From NCBI GenBank assembly GCA_001643675.2, contig LSRY02000022.1:1116001-1180000 (forward strand): a DNA stretch of 64,000 bases. Direction: 5' to 3'. Shown here piece by piece: positions 1-13,499 of this stretch (the stretch's first letter is position 1; each line of letters begins with the position of its first letter). A model generated the notes under the pieces. The model saw only the letters and a program-made list of their open reading frames with translations. It was not told the DNA's origin and did not search any database. The translations under genes were made by a program, and so were the position numbers. The DNA is from Monocercomonoides exilis PA203. Taxonomy: Eukaryota > Protista > Preaxostyla.

Positions 1-1930
1 TGATGATGCCCTCTCCGACGCAATCCCTTCCAGCTTGCAACCTTCGCTCAGCATCCATAACGATGAATTATCCTTCACCCCGTCTCCTCCTTTCAAGCTC
101 ACCACATTCAATGTTCCTGAATCTGAGCAGATGATATTTCTTCTCAGTGATGGATATCCTTCAATTGATGGATTATTGTTCATAAATTCTCCTTTCTCAA
201 TATTCATATTTCCTCCGCTCATTGTTATTCCGCCTTCTGGTGAATTTGTGATTGTTGAAACTTTCATTACCATAGAACTCTTCACAACATCCACAAGAGA
301 TCCAGACCATCTGCACGTCTCTTCTTCCACATTCAAATTCTTCTCATTTCTTTCCTTTGAATTCTTATCAAAAATGCAACTATCCATTTTCACATCTGTG
401 CAATCCTCCATTTTCATCAATTTCCCTTTTGTGGTCTTTGAACTGACTCCACCTATTGTGCAATTTGTCAATTGCACTGTCTTTTTCATTGACAAGCAAG
501 ATATCAATGATTCTTCATTTTCATTAACTGAAATATTTTTTGTATTGAAATCTTTAATTGTTAATTGTCCACATTCGTTTATATTTATCAGAAAAGTTTT
601 AATTGTTGAATTGGATATTGTTAATAAATAAATAACTGATGGAAGTGGAGAAGAAAGATACAAAGCTGATTCACGAAGTATTAGATTTTTCACTTTGAAT
701 TCCATAAGTTGTAATTCTCCTTTTGCCACATCAAAAATGTGAAATGGAATATTTGCAAAATTAACATTTCCTCCTTCATTCGATTGCTTTGAGTCAAATG
801 AACAATTCATAATTTCAAGAATTCCTCCTTCTGGTGATATCAGTGATTCGTGAAAAGAGTTGAAAAACGGATCAAACACAAAGTTCACTCTCAGCATTGA
901 GACTGTTCCTGCTGTTGTTATCAACGCCTCTTTTGATCTTGGAATCTCTGATTCCACTTCAACTTCACACATCTCTCTGTTCTTCGAATTCAAACTCATT
1001 TCCTTCAGATTTATCTCTCCTTCAATCATGCTCTTTGCCACAATGAAAATCAGACGAACACGTTATGATGACAGATGCAAAAGACTATGAACAATCGAAT
1101 AACAAGGAAATTCATCGCTTCCACACCCCATTGTGTCATGCCCACCAGTCGCACAGGCACCTCTATCCACTTCAGTTCAACAAGAAACACTCGAAGATCC
1201 ATTTCCCCATATTTTCCATCTTCCCAACAAATGCATTTCCATCCTCCTTGAATTCTGAGTAATCAAATGCAAAACGCTCTGTATTCATTCTGTTTACCAG
1301 ATTGTTGCTCGTCACAATCATGTTCCTCCCAACTGTTGCTGAGCAGCCAGAAAACAATGTCGATGAAAGCTGAAATGCTTCTCCATTAGAAGTGCAATCC
1401 AAATATATTCCTCCTCCTTTTCCTCCCTCACTCATATTCTCACAAACACATCCGGTAAATGAACTATTTTCAATTGTCACATATCCTCCCTCTTCCAACA
1501 GTATCTTCAGTGCTCCTCCTTCTTTGCTCTTTTCTGATAATGCCCCTTCAATTAAACTTCCCTTCATTACCAATCCAACTCCAACACTCTCTCCAAACAC
1601 GGCTGCTTCTCCACTTCCATCAATCTCCAATCTTTGCAGTGAACAATTTAAAAGTTTCACCTTGTATTCCTGTTCATTAATATTTGCTGATGAAAGAGAG
1701 AACGAAAATAACGAGACTGTTGATTTCACATCTGAAATCGTGACAAACTCCAGCTCAACCATCATTTCTGTCGATTTGATTAAGAAAAATGTAATTGTGT
1801 TTTGCTTTCCTCCTGCCACACTCATTGCGCAGTTCTTCATATACAATTCGCCATTTTGAGTGTTTGATTCGATCACTGATGCGATTGTTTTTCTAAAACA
1901 AGATGGAATAATAATCCCAACGAACATCAT
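1..1930 (-). pseudogene. Large beta-helix/pectin-lyase-like surface protein family gene, disrupted; runs off the left window edge
   Basis: ORF 1172-1930 (GGALKI..., GKGGGIYLDC, FSGCSATVGRNM) continues after frameshifts near 1140-1210 as GHDTMGCGSDEFPCYSIVHSLLHLSS*RVRLIFIV, with an in-frame TAA at 1063-1065. It is then open to base 1 (...CRWSGSLVDVVKS...GYPSLRRNIICSDSG...SSLWMLSEGCKLEGI). Confidence 0.75.
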
Positions 1931-4461
1931 TTCTTTTTAACCTTGCGCTATTTTTGTATAATTTTCACTCAAATCGGCTATACCATTTAACATCTATCCT
2001 TTTTAAGAATAAAATAAATAATATTTTATGAGTTTTGTCAAAAATTTTAATGAAACAGTGTTTATTAATGATAAGAATGTTTCGCACACTTTGTAAAATG
2101 CTTCTTTATCAATATCACCGTGGTTTATGGCGTATAACCAACAGCTGCACTAAAATAATCATCCTTAAAATCATAAACAAAATTCATAAAAATTTGAATG
2201 AGATATTAATTATTATTCATCACACACTTTTAAACTATATTTATATATATGATTTGTTATATGTTCGCAAGCGGAGGTTCAATTCACGACGAAAGAAACT
2301 AATTTCTTATTTTTTGGATATCAAAAATATAATTGTGGGAATGATCAAAATATTTTAATTTTTTAATTTATTTTTTCAAATGTTTTATTTTTTGAAAAAT
2401 CATTAATATAATAAGAGTATATAATAATTAATAACATTTCATCTACTTTTTGTTTCAAAATTATCAATTTTTATTAAAAATTTGAAAAATTACTCATATT
2501 TATGGGTGATTTTGGAAAATAGTTTTTTCTCAAGGATCAAAAAGAATTTCAAAAATCCAGTCCATACAAATGTTTTATTATTAATTCTACTTTTTATTTA
2601 TCATAATGTTTTAAAGAATAATCAAGAATTGGAAAAGGACCTTAAATACACATATGCCGTTTTTTTATGAATATTCATAACAAATATTCCTAAAGAAATT
2701 TCTGATAGAAAAAATATGATTTCAAAAACAATCACCCAAGTGTTTGGAGGAAAAACGTTATCAGTATTTGGTATGATAACCAGAAAAGAATTGGATGACA
2801 GGAGATAATTGTGACGATTAATGAAGCTCTGTGAAAATTGAAAAAAAGAATTGTCAAAAAAAATTAAATGAAATATAGATTTTTGTTTAAGTCGAAAGGT
2901 CAAAAGGCAAAGGCAGAGGTCCAGGTGATTGATCAAAGAAGATAATTTTTATTTAAAAAAACTAAATTTCATCCAAATAGATAAAAAGATCAATTCAAAT
3001 GATTGGATATCGGATCAATGACAAAGCTCATATCGTATCATATGCAATATAGCCAGTCACAGAACATGGTTTTTTTTCTTTTTCTTTTCTTTCTTTCTTT
3101 TTTTTCTTATAATGAGGGTTTTACAAATTCCTTTGAAGGATATTGTGAAGTTTTGAATTTCTTTTTCCATCAGCCAGAAAAAAAATGATATATTCAGCAA
3201 ATTGAATTGCAATATTTTTGTTTCAATGCACATTGCCTTAACATATGAGGGGAAATTATGTCTTTCAAGCTTTTTTTGCACAAGGCATTGAAAAATAACT
3301 TCTCTCATAACTTTGTTTCGCTTTCTCAGATTTCAGCATTAATTTGATTTTCATATTCGTAAACAGGCATCGTTGAAATCAAAACATAAAGCGTTATGTC
3401 ATTTCATGAATGTCGAAAAATCAACCAATTTTTATTGTGTTTTTTGAAATAATAAATTTAATGAAAATTCCTGAAGTTAAATATTTTGCCCCATATAACG
3501 AAAAGAATAAAAAATAATCATATTTTTAAGTCCGTGATGAACTGATTTAAGAAACAATGAAAAAAATTTTCGAAATTAATGATTATTTTTGAAACCATAA
3601 TTTTTTTTCAAAATTTTGGAATGATTTTTAGCAAAAAATATTTTTAAAATAAACAATTAAAAATCAAAACGTCATTTTCATAGAATATTGAAATGTTTTT
3701 GTATCAAATGTTGGTTTTCGAATCGATTGTGATTTTTTCAACTCTTTCTCAAAAACTATTTCAAAAAATTAACACCCTTTTATAAAGATATAATATCAAA
3801 AATTATAACCTTAATCAATGAAGATGTTTCTGATTTCAATGCTATTTTTCATGAAAATAGAAATGATAATGATTTCGATCCGTTTGGAGCAGAAGATGAA
3901 AATAAGCTTTAAAGTTTGTATTTCTTCCTCATCTTTTCATAATTTATTATATGTTGGAAACTTCCTTTCATATGGGTGATTATTTTTGAAGTCATAACTT
4001 TTTTCGGAGTGTGAATAATTTATTGGTTTTCTGCTATTTGCTCAAAAGTTTAAATAAAAATGTTCCGTGCTTTTCAATTGTGACAAACGCTGATATTTGA
4101 GATAAAAATAAAATGCAATAATCTATTTGTTGTATTTCCACATTTCAGAATTCATTCAAAAACATTTGATGCTTTTTTTCATTCCGAAATTGAACACAGA
4201 AAAAATCTGATTTCAAAAATAATAACCCATATATATCCAAAGACGCTTCAATTTTTTTTTCAATAATAATTCTATCATAAAACAAATTCCTCCATTTTTC
4301 AACAAAAGAAGAAATAAATTTTGTGTTCTCATGGTGACTTTTGTGAAAAAATAACATAAATTCTTTTGTTTTGGAAGCGCTCCCATTAACCCAAAAATAA
4401 GGTTGATCCAGTTTCTTGAGATTCAGTTGATAGATATGCTTTTCATAAACAAAAAATGAGG

Positions 4462-4511
<50 letters not shown>

Positions 4512-4527
4512 AGAGAGAGAGAGAGAT
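4462..4527. repeat. Poly(A) run (~47 nt) followed by (GA)n microsatellite
   Basis: Directly visible, about 100 bp upstream of the Arf-family gene. Confidence 0.9.
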
Positions 4528-4624
4528 AAGTTATTTTTTTGTTGAACATTTTTCATGAAGCAAATAATTCCATCCCATATTCGTTTTACGTGACAAAATT
4601 GTTTTACGAACATCTTTTAATTTG

Positions 4625-5269
4625 ATGGGATTGATTACGTCAAAGATTTGGAGAATTTTTGGAACATCAAAAAGAAATTTGCACATGATAGGTTTTGAAG
4701 GTTTGCATGTTTGAATTTGTCTTTTTTTTGAAAGATGTTCATTCAACTTTTTTTTAAACATCTCAATGGCAGACGCTGGAAAAACTTCAATTTTGCGCAA
4801 GCTCATTCCAAATGAATTTGTTCAAATAATTCCAATACTCGGAGCCAATTTAGAAGAAGTTCGTTACAAAAGATTAACATTCACTAATATGGATATTGGA
4901 GGAAGCCAGAGAATAAGACGATTAGAGTATCACCTGTGCGAGAAAAAAGATGTGATTATCTTTGTTATAGACAGCACGGAGGTTTCTCGCCTTGCTTGCT
5001 CAACAATGGAGTGCAGAGATTGCGTGAAAGATGAGCTTCACGATTTACTTAAACAAAAAGAAACAGGAAATGTTCCTCTTTTGATATATGCGAACAAGCA
5101 AGATCTGAGCGGGGCTGTCAGTCCAGAATATATTCTGGAGAAGCTGGAACTTGATAGTCTTTGTGCAGGAAGATCTTGGCACATTCAGCCTTGCTCTGCT
5201 TTGACAGGAGATGGACTTTTCGACGGATTAAAATGGCTTGAGTACGAGATTGCTCTCGAACGAAAATAG
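4625..5269 (+). CDS. Divergent Arf/Arl-family small GTPase (2 exons: 4625-4700, 4773-5269)
   Basis: Exon 1 MGLITSKIWRIFGTSKRNLHMIGFE has the myristoylation Gly2 and an amphipathic helix. It joins via a GT..AG intron (4701-4772) to DAGKTSIL...DIGGSQRIR...FVIDS...ANKQD...WHIQPCSALTGDGLFDGLKWL. Confidence 0.9.
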
Positions 5270-7331
5270 AATAATTACGCAAAGTGTTTTTTTTTTCACT
5301 TTTATTTTTTGTGGAAGAAGTTGTTTAGAGGGATTGTTTTGAATTGGATTGGATTAAAATTTTTTGTTTATTGAATGCTTAATTCGTGCTTTTAATGCTG
5401 AACGTTGAAGCGAAACTTTCAGTTGTTTTTTTCCTTAGATTTCTTTTCCTTTTCCTTTTTCATTTCCTTCTTTTTTGAAATAAGTGTTTTACTCTTTGTG
5501 TGCTTTTCGTCTTCTATTTGAGCAAAATGTTGTATTTTTATTGATGGCTGTCATTTTTGCTGCCTTGCCTTTTTCAAACAAAACGCTGGACTTTTTTTTA
5601 ATTGACTCTGCAAAGAGGTTGTTTGTGCCTTTGTATTCTGTTCTTTAAACTTTTTGTTCATTTTTTGTGACGAATTTGAAAGGCTTGATTTTTGTATTTC
5701 ATAAATAAAGCTTGATGTTAATGAATTTGATTCAATTTGATAAAGAAAAGGTATTTCCCCTTTCTTTGCTTTTCACTTCATTTTTGAAAATGTTTTTAAT
5801 AATTTTGATTTTGATAATCGATAACAGCCATTTTATGGCTGATAATATCGAGGAAGTTTTTCGTCAATTTTGAACTGGCTCATTAAATTGAATTTTAAAA
5901 CGCTATTTTTTTTTGGATTTTTATTGTGAGAGTCTTTCATCTGGAAAAAAAGAAAAGAAATCAAGTTCAAAATGTGAGTTAAATTCAAATGGCCACTGAG
6001 TGTGTCGAAAGAGAAAGATTACTTGATATCACGAAGAAAACGAAAAAAATGTGTTTCCTTCTGTTCTGGATGAGTTCTGCTTTTGTGTTCTGTTTTCACA
6101 TTCAAACAGAGGATCGCCCACTCACAACGAGGTTATTGGAGAAGAAAGGCTCGATGAGAGAGAATAAGAAGAAAATAAGAAGCAAAAGCAGAAGAAGAGG
6201 AAGAGGAAGTTGAAAAAGAAAAATAAGAAGAATTATAACGTTCCCCCTCTTTCCATATCCCATTCATGATCCATTTCGATTATCCCGAAAAAAAGACAGG
6301 AGCAAACTGTGTGTATTCGAAGTTGAAATCAAAAATAGCCTTTTGCAGACATTTCCGTCTTTTCCGCTTTCTCTTTTTCCCCAAATCGAATGAAGCATGT
6401 TCAATAGAGTTAGTCAGTGTGGGTATTCTTCACGAACAGCTTGGCAACATTTCGTTTTGTCATGCCATTGAACAATTGTGTGGCTGGAATCCACAAAGTT
6501 CATAAGCTGTGATTCGTTTCTCTCACCTTTAATTCCTGCCTTTCTTCGCCCTCATAACCCAACTTGTTCGGACAGAAACACAAAAATCCATTTCAACATT
6601 TCCTCCCTTCTTCTGCTTAAATGATAAATTTCGCTGTGAATATTTTTTGCTTCTTTTTCTTCATGGTTTGCTTTCAAAATAAGTCCTTTTCTTGCAATTC
6701 TTCATTTTTCATTTCATTGCGTCAACAATGCCCCATTCATCTGAACTTTCAGCTTGGTATAATATTTCAATGTCATTGTTTTCGAAACAGTTATATTGAT
6801 AACAAATAATTCGTCAACCCCAAACATTCCGATTCGTAGAGAACTTGAAGCTCCCCAATCTGATTATCTGAAAATCAAAGCTTCTTTGTATCGATTTCCC
6901 CATTCTCCTAACCTCATTTGGATGTTTTTTTTTACCTTTTCAAATGATATTATTCATGTTTCTTTTGCCTCCAAGAATATCAAAAAAAAATTTTTTTTTT
7001 CACAAATGCCTTCAAATAAAAAGAATTGGGCAAATAAATGAAAACCTCCAAACATCTTATTCACTCCCAGAAATGGCTGAATAATCTTCAACAAAAGACT
7101 TTAGCTTTTCATCAAAAAACAGTCTGTTTTGTCCTTTCCTTTTCCTGATATTAATTTTCATTGAAAAAAATGGCTTCACTTACATTGCACAGACAGGAAA
7201 TCAGGGTTATTTCCCAGAATTTGCTCATAAAAAGACATCCAATATTTGATAATTATTTTATAGGATTGATCATTTTAAAGATAAAAAGGATTTGCTTGAT
7301 CTCCCGGGCAAAGCACGTTGAGCGAGCTTTA

Positions 7332-8319
7332 GGGTTACACTTTTACCTCTGACCCTTTTTTTACCCCCACCCTTTTTTTTGTGGAGCTGGCTGCGGCTTA
7401 ATACAAGCTTGTAGCCAACAAAAAATAACTCGAAATGTTTATTTTTATATATTTAACTTTTACAGAAAAAATATTTTTTACGAAAAATTTTTAACTTAAA
7501 AATCTCGGTATTTTTTAATTTTATTTTTTGATTATTAAATTGATGGTCTTTCCATGAATATAACATTCTGGAAGTTTTAAGCTACACCATCATTACACCT
7601 CATATCCTTTTTATTGTTTTTATAACTTTTCACATTTCACTTGTTTCTTTATCACGTGTTTTCTCATTTCATCGACTTTTCGATAAAATGCAATTTTTGA
7701 TTGAATAAAAGACAAATTTTTTATTTTATAAGCTGTCTCTTATTTTTAACTCAATATATTATTGCACGCTCACAAAATATTTTGCTGAATAAACATGAAT
7801 GGCAAAAATAATTAAAATAACCGAAAATGATGTTTTTCATTTTTCTATTTAAAATCAAATTTGAAAAACTTTTTTGTGATTCCACATGATTAAAATTTAA
7901 CTATATATTAAGGATAATCTTAAAAATATTTTCAAAAATTCATCATTCCTTATGAAATTGCATTTTATCGAAAAGTCGATGAAATGAGAAAACACGTGAT
8001 AAAGAAACAAGTGAAATGTGAAAAGTTATAAAAACAATAAAAAGGATATGAGGTGTAATGATGGTGTAGCTTAAAACTTCCAGAATGTTATATTCATGGA
8101 AAGACCATCAATTTAATAATCAAAAAATAAAATTAAAAAATACCGAGATTTTTAAGTTAAAAATTTTTCGTAAAAAATATTTTTTCTGTAAAAGTTAAAT
8201 ATATAAAAATAAACATTTCGAGTTATTTTTTGTTGGCTACAAGCTTGTATTAAGCCGCAGCCAGCTCCACAAAAAAAAGGGTGGGGGTAAAAAAAGGGTC
8301 AGAGGTAAAAGTGTAACCC
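7332..8319. mobile_element. Non-autonomous DNA transposon (MITE/foldback) with 365-bp terminal inverted repeats and TA flanks
   Basis: 7332-7696 is the reverse complement of 7955-8319 (no mismatch found by eye). The 258-bp spacer is AT-rich. TA occurs at 7330-7331 and 8320-8321, and there is no transposase ORF. Confidence 0.9.
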
Positions 8320-8492
8320 TATCCAAGATTTTTTTCTTGCAACAGCAAATATTTGTCGAGTGAATTCGAAAATTTTGTTGTTGTTCTCGCAGTACTTGCT
8401 TTGATAAACAAAGATGTTTGTAATTGTTGGTTATCTTGCTTTCTGGTTGAATTCCCCTATTTTTCAGATATTTAGAATTATTAACGAACAAA

Positions 8493-10003
8493 ATGAGCGA
8501 AACTGATTATATCGATGAGGAGGAGGAAGAAGAAGATAATGAATACTATATTGGTTATAATGAGGATTATTTTAAGGATGATCTTGATGAATATGATCAA
8601 ACGGAGCTTACAGAAAAGTTTAAAAGTTTGTGGATTTTTTCTCTTGATTAATTTTTCTATGATTCGAATATTTTTTATGCTTTTTAAAGAATTTCCATCT
8701 GAGCTGGATCATTGCACCAATGATGAACAGAAACAGAAAATTGAAGAAATGAATGGACTAGTGGATATTATGAATTTCAGCGAATGAAAATCCGTTATCA
8801 CGGATAAACTATTTAGTGAAATCAATGAAATGATCAAAGAAAAGAAAATGGAATTGGATTATGCATTGGTGCTATTGAAGTATATTGGATATCATAGTGA
8901 ACTGAATAATTTTTATATAAATGGCTTTGATGAATCTTCATTGAGAAAAAGGATTCGAGAGATGATTGTTGATGAAAATGAGGAAAATGTTGAAAATAAT
9001 GAAAAAATGATGATTGATCTTTGTGAATGTTACCTGCTACTCTCCGATGGCTATATATCAAAAGATTGTGCTTCTATTTGTGTACCTTACCTTCTGAAAG
9101 TTGCATTAAAGAAAAAGGAAGATGAGGAGACACAAAAAGAAGTGGAAATGGCTTTGCTGGCTTTGTGTAATACTGAATATTATGTATGTTTATTACTATT
9201 TCGTTTATTTTATTTTTGAATATTTCTCATTCTTTGATTAGAAATTAGGAAATGAGCTGTATTTTGATTGGATCAAAGAAATCATCAAACATCACCAGGA
9301 ATATCACAATCTAACTCAACTTGCGTATCTGTCTGCTTGGTACATTTTGTCTTTCCAATTGCCCAAAGTCGAAAGTCTGGAAGCAACAGCTGTTAAAGAG
9401 CTGCATTTTGGAAGAAAAGCAGCAAAAGCAATGGAAGATCTGTCAAAGTGTGTGGATTGGAAGAGAAAAAAAGAGGGAAAAAAAGAAAAAGAAGTGAAAG
9501 AAGCGTCTATTATCGAGAAATGGCTCTATGCAACTTTTTATTATTTATCCAAATGCAAATTGTGGAATGAAGAATTTACTGGACTAATTGGCAGCAATGT
9601 GGGGTTATTTAGAGCATCAAAGGAAAATTATGGAGATATTTGCTACGAACGCATTCTTTCATTAAATGGAGCAGCGAAAAATGAAAATGTGAAAATTGAT
9701 AGCTTGCTGATGGAAGGTGCTGTCGATCTGTTCGCAGAAGAAATGAAACAATCAACTTTGAAAGAAGGAGACAATAGGGTTTGTTTGGATTTCTTTTTGA
9801 GCATTTCAAGGCGATTAGAAGGAATGAAGGATGATGAAAAGGAAGAGGAGGAAAGAAAGACAGCAAAAAGGAAGATGTTTGAAAAGTTGGAAGAAGATGG
9901 ATATGAAGACTGCGTTGTCAAATTTTTGAAGTTAGGTCTTAATTATATGTTTGGAGATGACAATACAGTAATAACTATTGAAGATTTTTTTATGCATCTG
10001 TAA
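8493..10003 (+). pseudogene. Lineage-expanded alpha-helical (ARM-like) protein family member with in-frame stop
   Basis: Three exons (MSETDYIDEEEEED...; ELDHCTNDEQKQKIEEMN...DLCECYLLL...CVPYLLKVALKKKEDEETQKEVEMALLAL; ...KMFEKLEEDGYED). A TGA at 8785-8787 interrupts exon 2 where the paralogs are open. Confidence 0.75.
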
Positions 10004-11479
10004 AGCGAAGGCTCATTTCGATTCCATTCCTTTTGTTGAAGTCACAGAAAAGCAGCAGCAGAAGAATGGAATGGAACGAAATGTCAATAGAGTCACAGAA
10101 GAGGCATATAACAGTAAATGAACAAACAAAGAGAAGAGAAGAGAGAATTACATGAGAGAAAATGTTTCAATCCGAAACAGCATCTTTGTCTGAGAAAAAA
10201 AGCACATCCAACTCAAATTGTGGATTCTTCATTTATTTCAGTCGGCCTTCTCATTATCATCATCTGCTTCAACTTCTTCATTTCATCCTACCTTTCTCTC
10301 ACACAGCAACTATCAACATTTCATCAATTCATCCATCTTCTTTTTCTTGTTTCTGTCAATTTGTTTGTTTCATTGCATATTTTATTGAATTCCATCAAAT
10401 CTCATGAAGTTTTGAATAACCATTCACAACCTCATTTTGGGTGCATCATCCCTAAAACATTCACAATTTCAGATCTTCATCTTCCTCATCTTCATCACAA
10501 TGAAAACAGTCATTTCACTTCATTTTTTGTGGTCATTGAAGAAGTGACACATATTTCAAATCCTTCACAAAAAGCCCTTCAACAAACATGAAAAACAACA
10601 CAGGCAATTTATCTTCGCTCTTCTTCTTTCTCCTTTTTTCTCAGTTCCATCATCAATTTCGTGATCATCAAAGAAAGCATTTGATTTTCAATCAGTATTT
10701 CTTCTCCTTCAGCATTTTGATGGAGTGACCGCATCCTTTCGAAATGTGTCAAAAAAATCATGTTATCTGAGGAAACTGGGCTGTCAAAGAATGAAGAAAA
10801 AAAAAAGCAAATGAAAACCTTTGGACAGAAAATGTCAACCACTCAACAGAATGTTATTTCTTCGTCTTCACTTTTTGTGAAGTCTTTTTTTCTCTTGCTC
10901 ATTTGGAATTGAGTGTGGATATCATGTTCTGAATGACTGCTTGGTGAGGCATGTGGGAAGGGAAAGAGAAGGTGGGGCATTTGGGGAAGATGGACATTTG
11001 TGGAATTGAAGCAGCAATTGGCCGCCAGTTGACAAAAGAAAGTCTGATTTTCTTTTCATTCACATTCAAATTTCAAATACTCTGATTGTGAAATGGATTC
11101 TGTTTTTGTCTTCTTCAATTCAATGAGATCAAGTGAAACTTGGAAAAACAAGGGAAGAAAATAGTGGGTGGAACGCAAAACTTCTCAAAAGATATTGATG
11201 AGGTTGTTGCAGAAGATAAATAAACTTTTTCAAGAGTTTTTATTTTTTTTCACACAACTTTTGAGCTAACAAGTTATTTGAAGAAGGCTATAAACGAAAA
11301 AATTGAAATTTTATCTTTTTTTCTATTTTTTTTTTCTTCATTTTGATGAAATGAAGTGGAATGAAAAACAAAATGTCTTAAAAAATATCATTCAAATGAG
11401 CGTTTGTTTTCGCTCTTGTGAAATGATAAAAAAAAAGAATAAAATAAAACTGTCGAGTTACAAAATTCAATGCGTTTCT

Positions 11480-12937
11480 TCAAATAAACACAAAATAATT
11501 AAAAATGTTTGAAGATAATTCATAAAAATATTTTTGTTGAAGAAAATCAAATGTTTCATGAAAGCCAATGATGATATCTTCGTATCCTTCTTCTTCCATC
11601 TTTTCAAACACTTTCCTTTTCAACTCTTTTCTTTCCACTTCTTCCATTTCATCTTTCTTTTTATCTTTCAATTGAATGGAGATCAATTTAAAGAATTTCA
11701 AGCTATCACTTGTCTTCTCGTCATCAAGTGTTTGTTCCTGAATCTCCTCCAAAAAGAGATCAACAGCTCCTTCCTTCAAAAAAGCTCCAATTTTCGCAGA
11801 TCTATTGTCTGATGCCCTTATTAAAGATTCAATGCATCTGGCCCGAAAGTGTTGGTATTTTTCCTTTGATGTTCGAAATAACTGAACAATGCTGACAATA
11901 AGCTCAGTATATTCTTCGTTCCACATTTCGCATTGACATAAGAACTCTTCGATTGTTTCAAACCATCTCATCAAAACATCCTCTTCTTTCATAACTTTTC
12001 CTCCTTCATTTCTTTCTTTCTTTTTCAAATCTATTCTTTTCATAAATTCTTTCACTTCTCTTCTTGCCTCTCTCACAAAATGCTGCTCATTCACTATCAA
12101 ATGCTCCAATTGACTTTCATTGATAAATCTGAACATAAAAAACCGCCATGCTGACTGATAAGCAAGTCGTGTCAGATTGTCGTGTTCCTGATGATATTTG
12201 ATGATATCTTTGATCGCATCCAAACACAGCTCTTGCTTTATGAACTCGAAAGCCAAATAATATGAAAAAATCAATTTTATTAAAATGGAAATAGAAATGT
12301 TCATACGCTATATTTGTTAATGAAGCTCAAAGCCAATAATGCAGTTTCGACTTCTTTTCGAGTTTCCTCGCTTTCCTCTTTCTTTGAGGCAACTGCCAGA
12401 TGGCAAGGCGCGATGATTGAAGTCAATTCCGATGAAAATCCATCCTTAAGCAAAAGATAGCATTCGCAAAGATCAACCAAAAGCTTTTCGTTCTTCTCCT
12501 CTTTTTTCTTTTGATTTCCCTCAACAATCACTTTTCAAATCTTTCACTCAACGAAGAATAATCAAATCCATCAATCATAAACTTATTCAGAACATTGCAA
12601 TATACAATATGCTTCAATAGAAAAACAACATTCCCTGTAGGAAATTTCTTTTCTTCAATCATTTTGCATATTTTGTCGAACAGCTCAATTTCGAAAACAG
12701 ATCTGAATTCTCTTTCACTCATTTCATCAATAATTTCATTCATCTCTTTTATTTTCTGTTTCTGTTCATCGCTGGTGCAATGCTCCAGCTCAGAAAACAA
12801 TTCTTCAAAAATCACAAAAAATATTTTGTGTTTTGAAAGTTTCATCAAAACAAAAAAATATGCAAACTCAAAAACTTCTCAGTTTTGTTCATCATCTGCA
12901 TTCTTTCTTCATACTTTTCATTATCGCGTACACTCAT
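11480..12937 (-). pseudogene. Second member of the same expanded family, frameshifted
   Basis: MSVRDNEKYEERMQMMNKTEK / ELEHCTSDEQKQKIKEMN...ERFEK has a 1-nt deletion at ~12530 (AAG TGA TTG instead of AAG ATG ATT). It continues IVEGNQKKKEEKNEKLLVDLCECYLLL / ...LTRLAYQSAW...KVFEKMEEEGYED. Confidence 0.75.
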
Positions 12938-13499
12938 TCTGCTTATTGTAAATAATATTCAAAATAAGGGGTGGAGCTTGATAAGAAACAAAAAAATTGA
13001 AAATTCAAACATCGTTGATTATCTTGCAATATAACAAAGATCTCAGTACAAACTATTTTTCTTTTGCTATATGAAAAGAAGTGAAAAATAAAGTGCAAAG
13101 AAGTCTCAGGATTGGCTTTCTGAGTACAAAAATGGAAATCTTTTTTCTTTTGATCTAACCACCATAAATTAATTCAATAGATGAAAATCATTAAGATAAA
13201 ATTTTGTGGAAAAATAATACACTTTTAGGTTTGAAATTGAGAATATTTATAGAACAGAAATAGAAACAAATAAAAGAGAGAATGAAAACACAAAATCAAA
13301 TTGAAAAAAGAAATATCTTTTATGAAGATAAATGAAGCAGTTTCAGATTGAAAAAAATGGAAACAAATGTTCGCATGCTCAATGAAATTTGTTGTTTTTT
13401 TTCTTGATTTTCAATTTTCAGTTTTCATTTAAGTTCATTCATCTGATAATTGAAAGAGAAAAAAACCAAAAATCAAAAAGGAATTGTCGATTCATCTCT

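Noticed and set aside
2000-4450. AT-rich region with scraps of coding-like sequence (also 5900-7300, 10020-11200, 32900-33500)
   Set aside because: No recognisable motif or consistent frame. Probably decayed genes or TEs, but unsupported.
7329-7340. TTAGGGTTA telomere-like sequence at the MITE ends (and CCCTAA at ~28156, ~42543)
   Set aside because: Only ~1.5 repeat units, explained by the TA flank plus the TIR start. There is no telomeric array.
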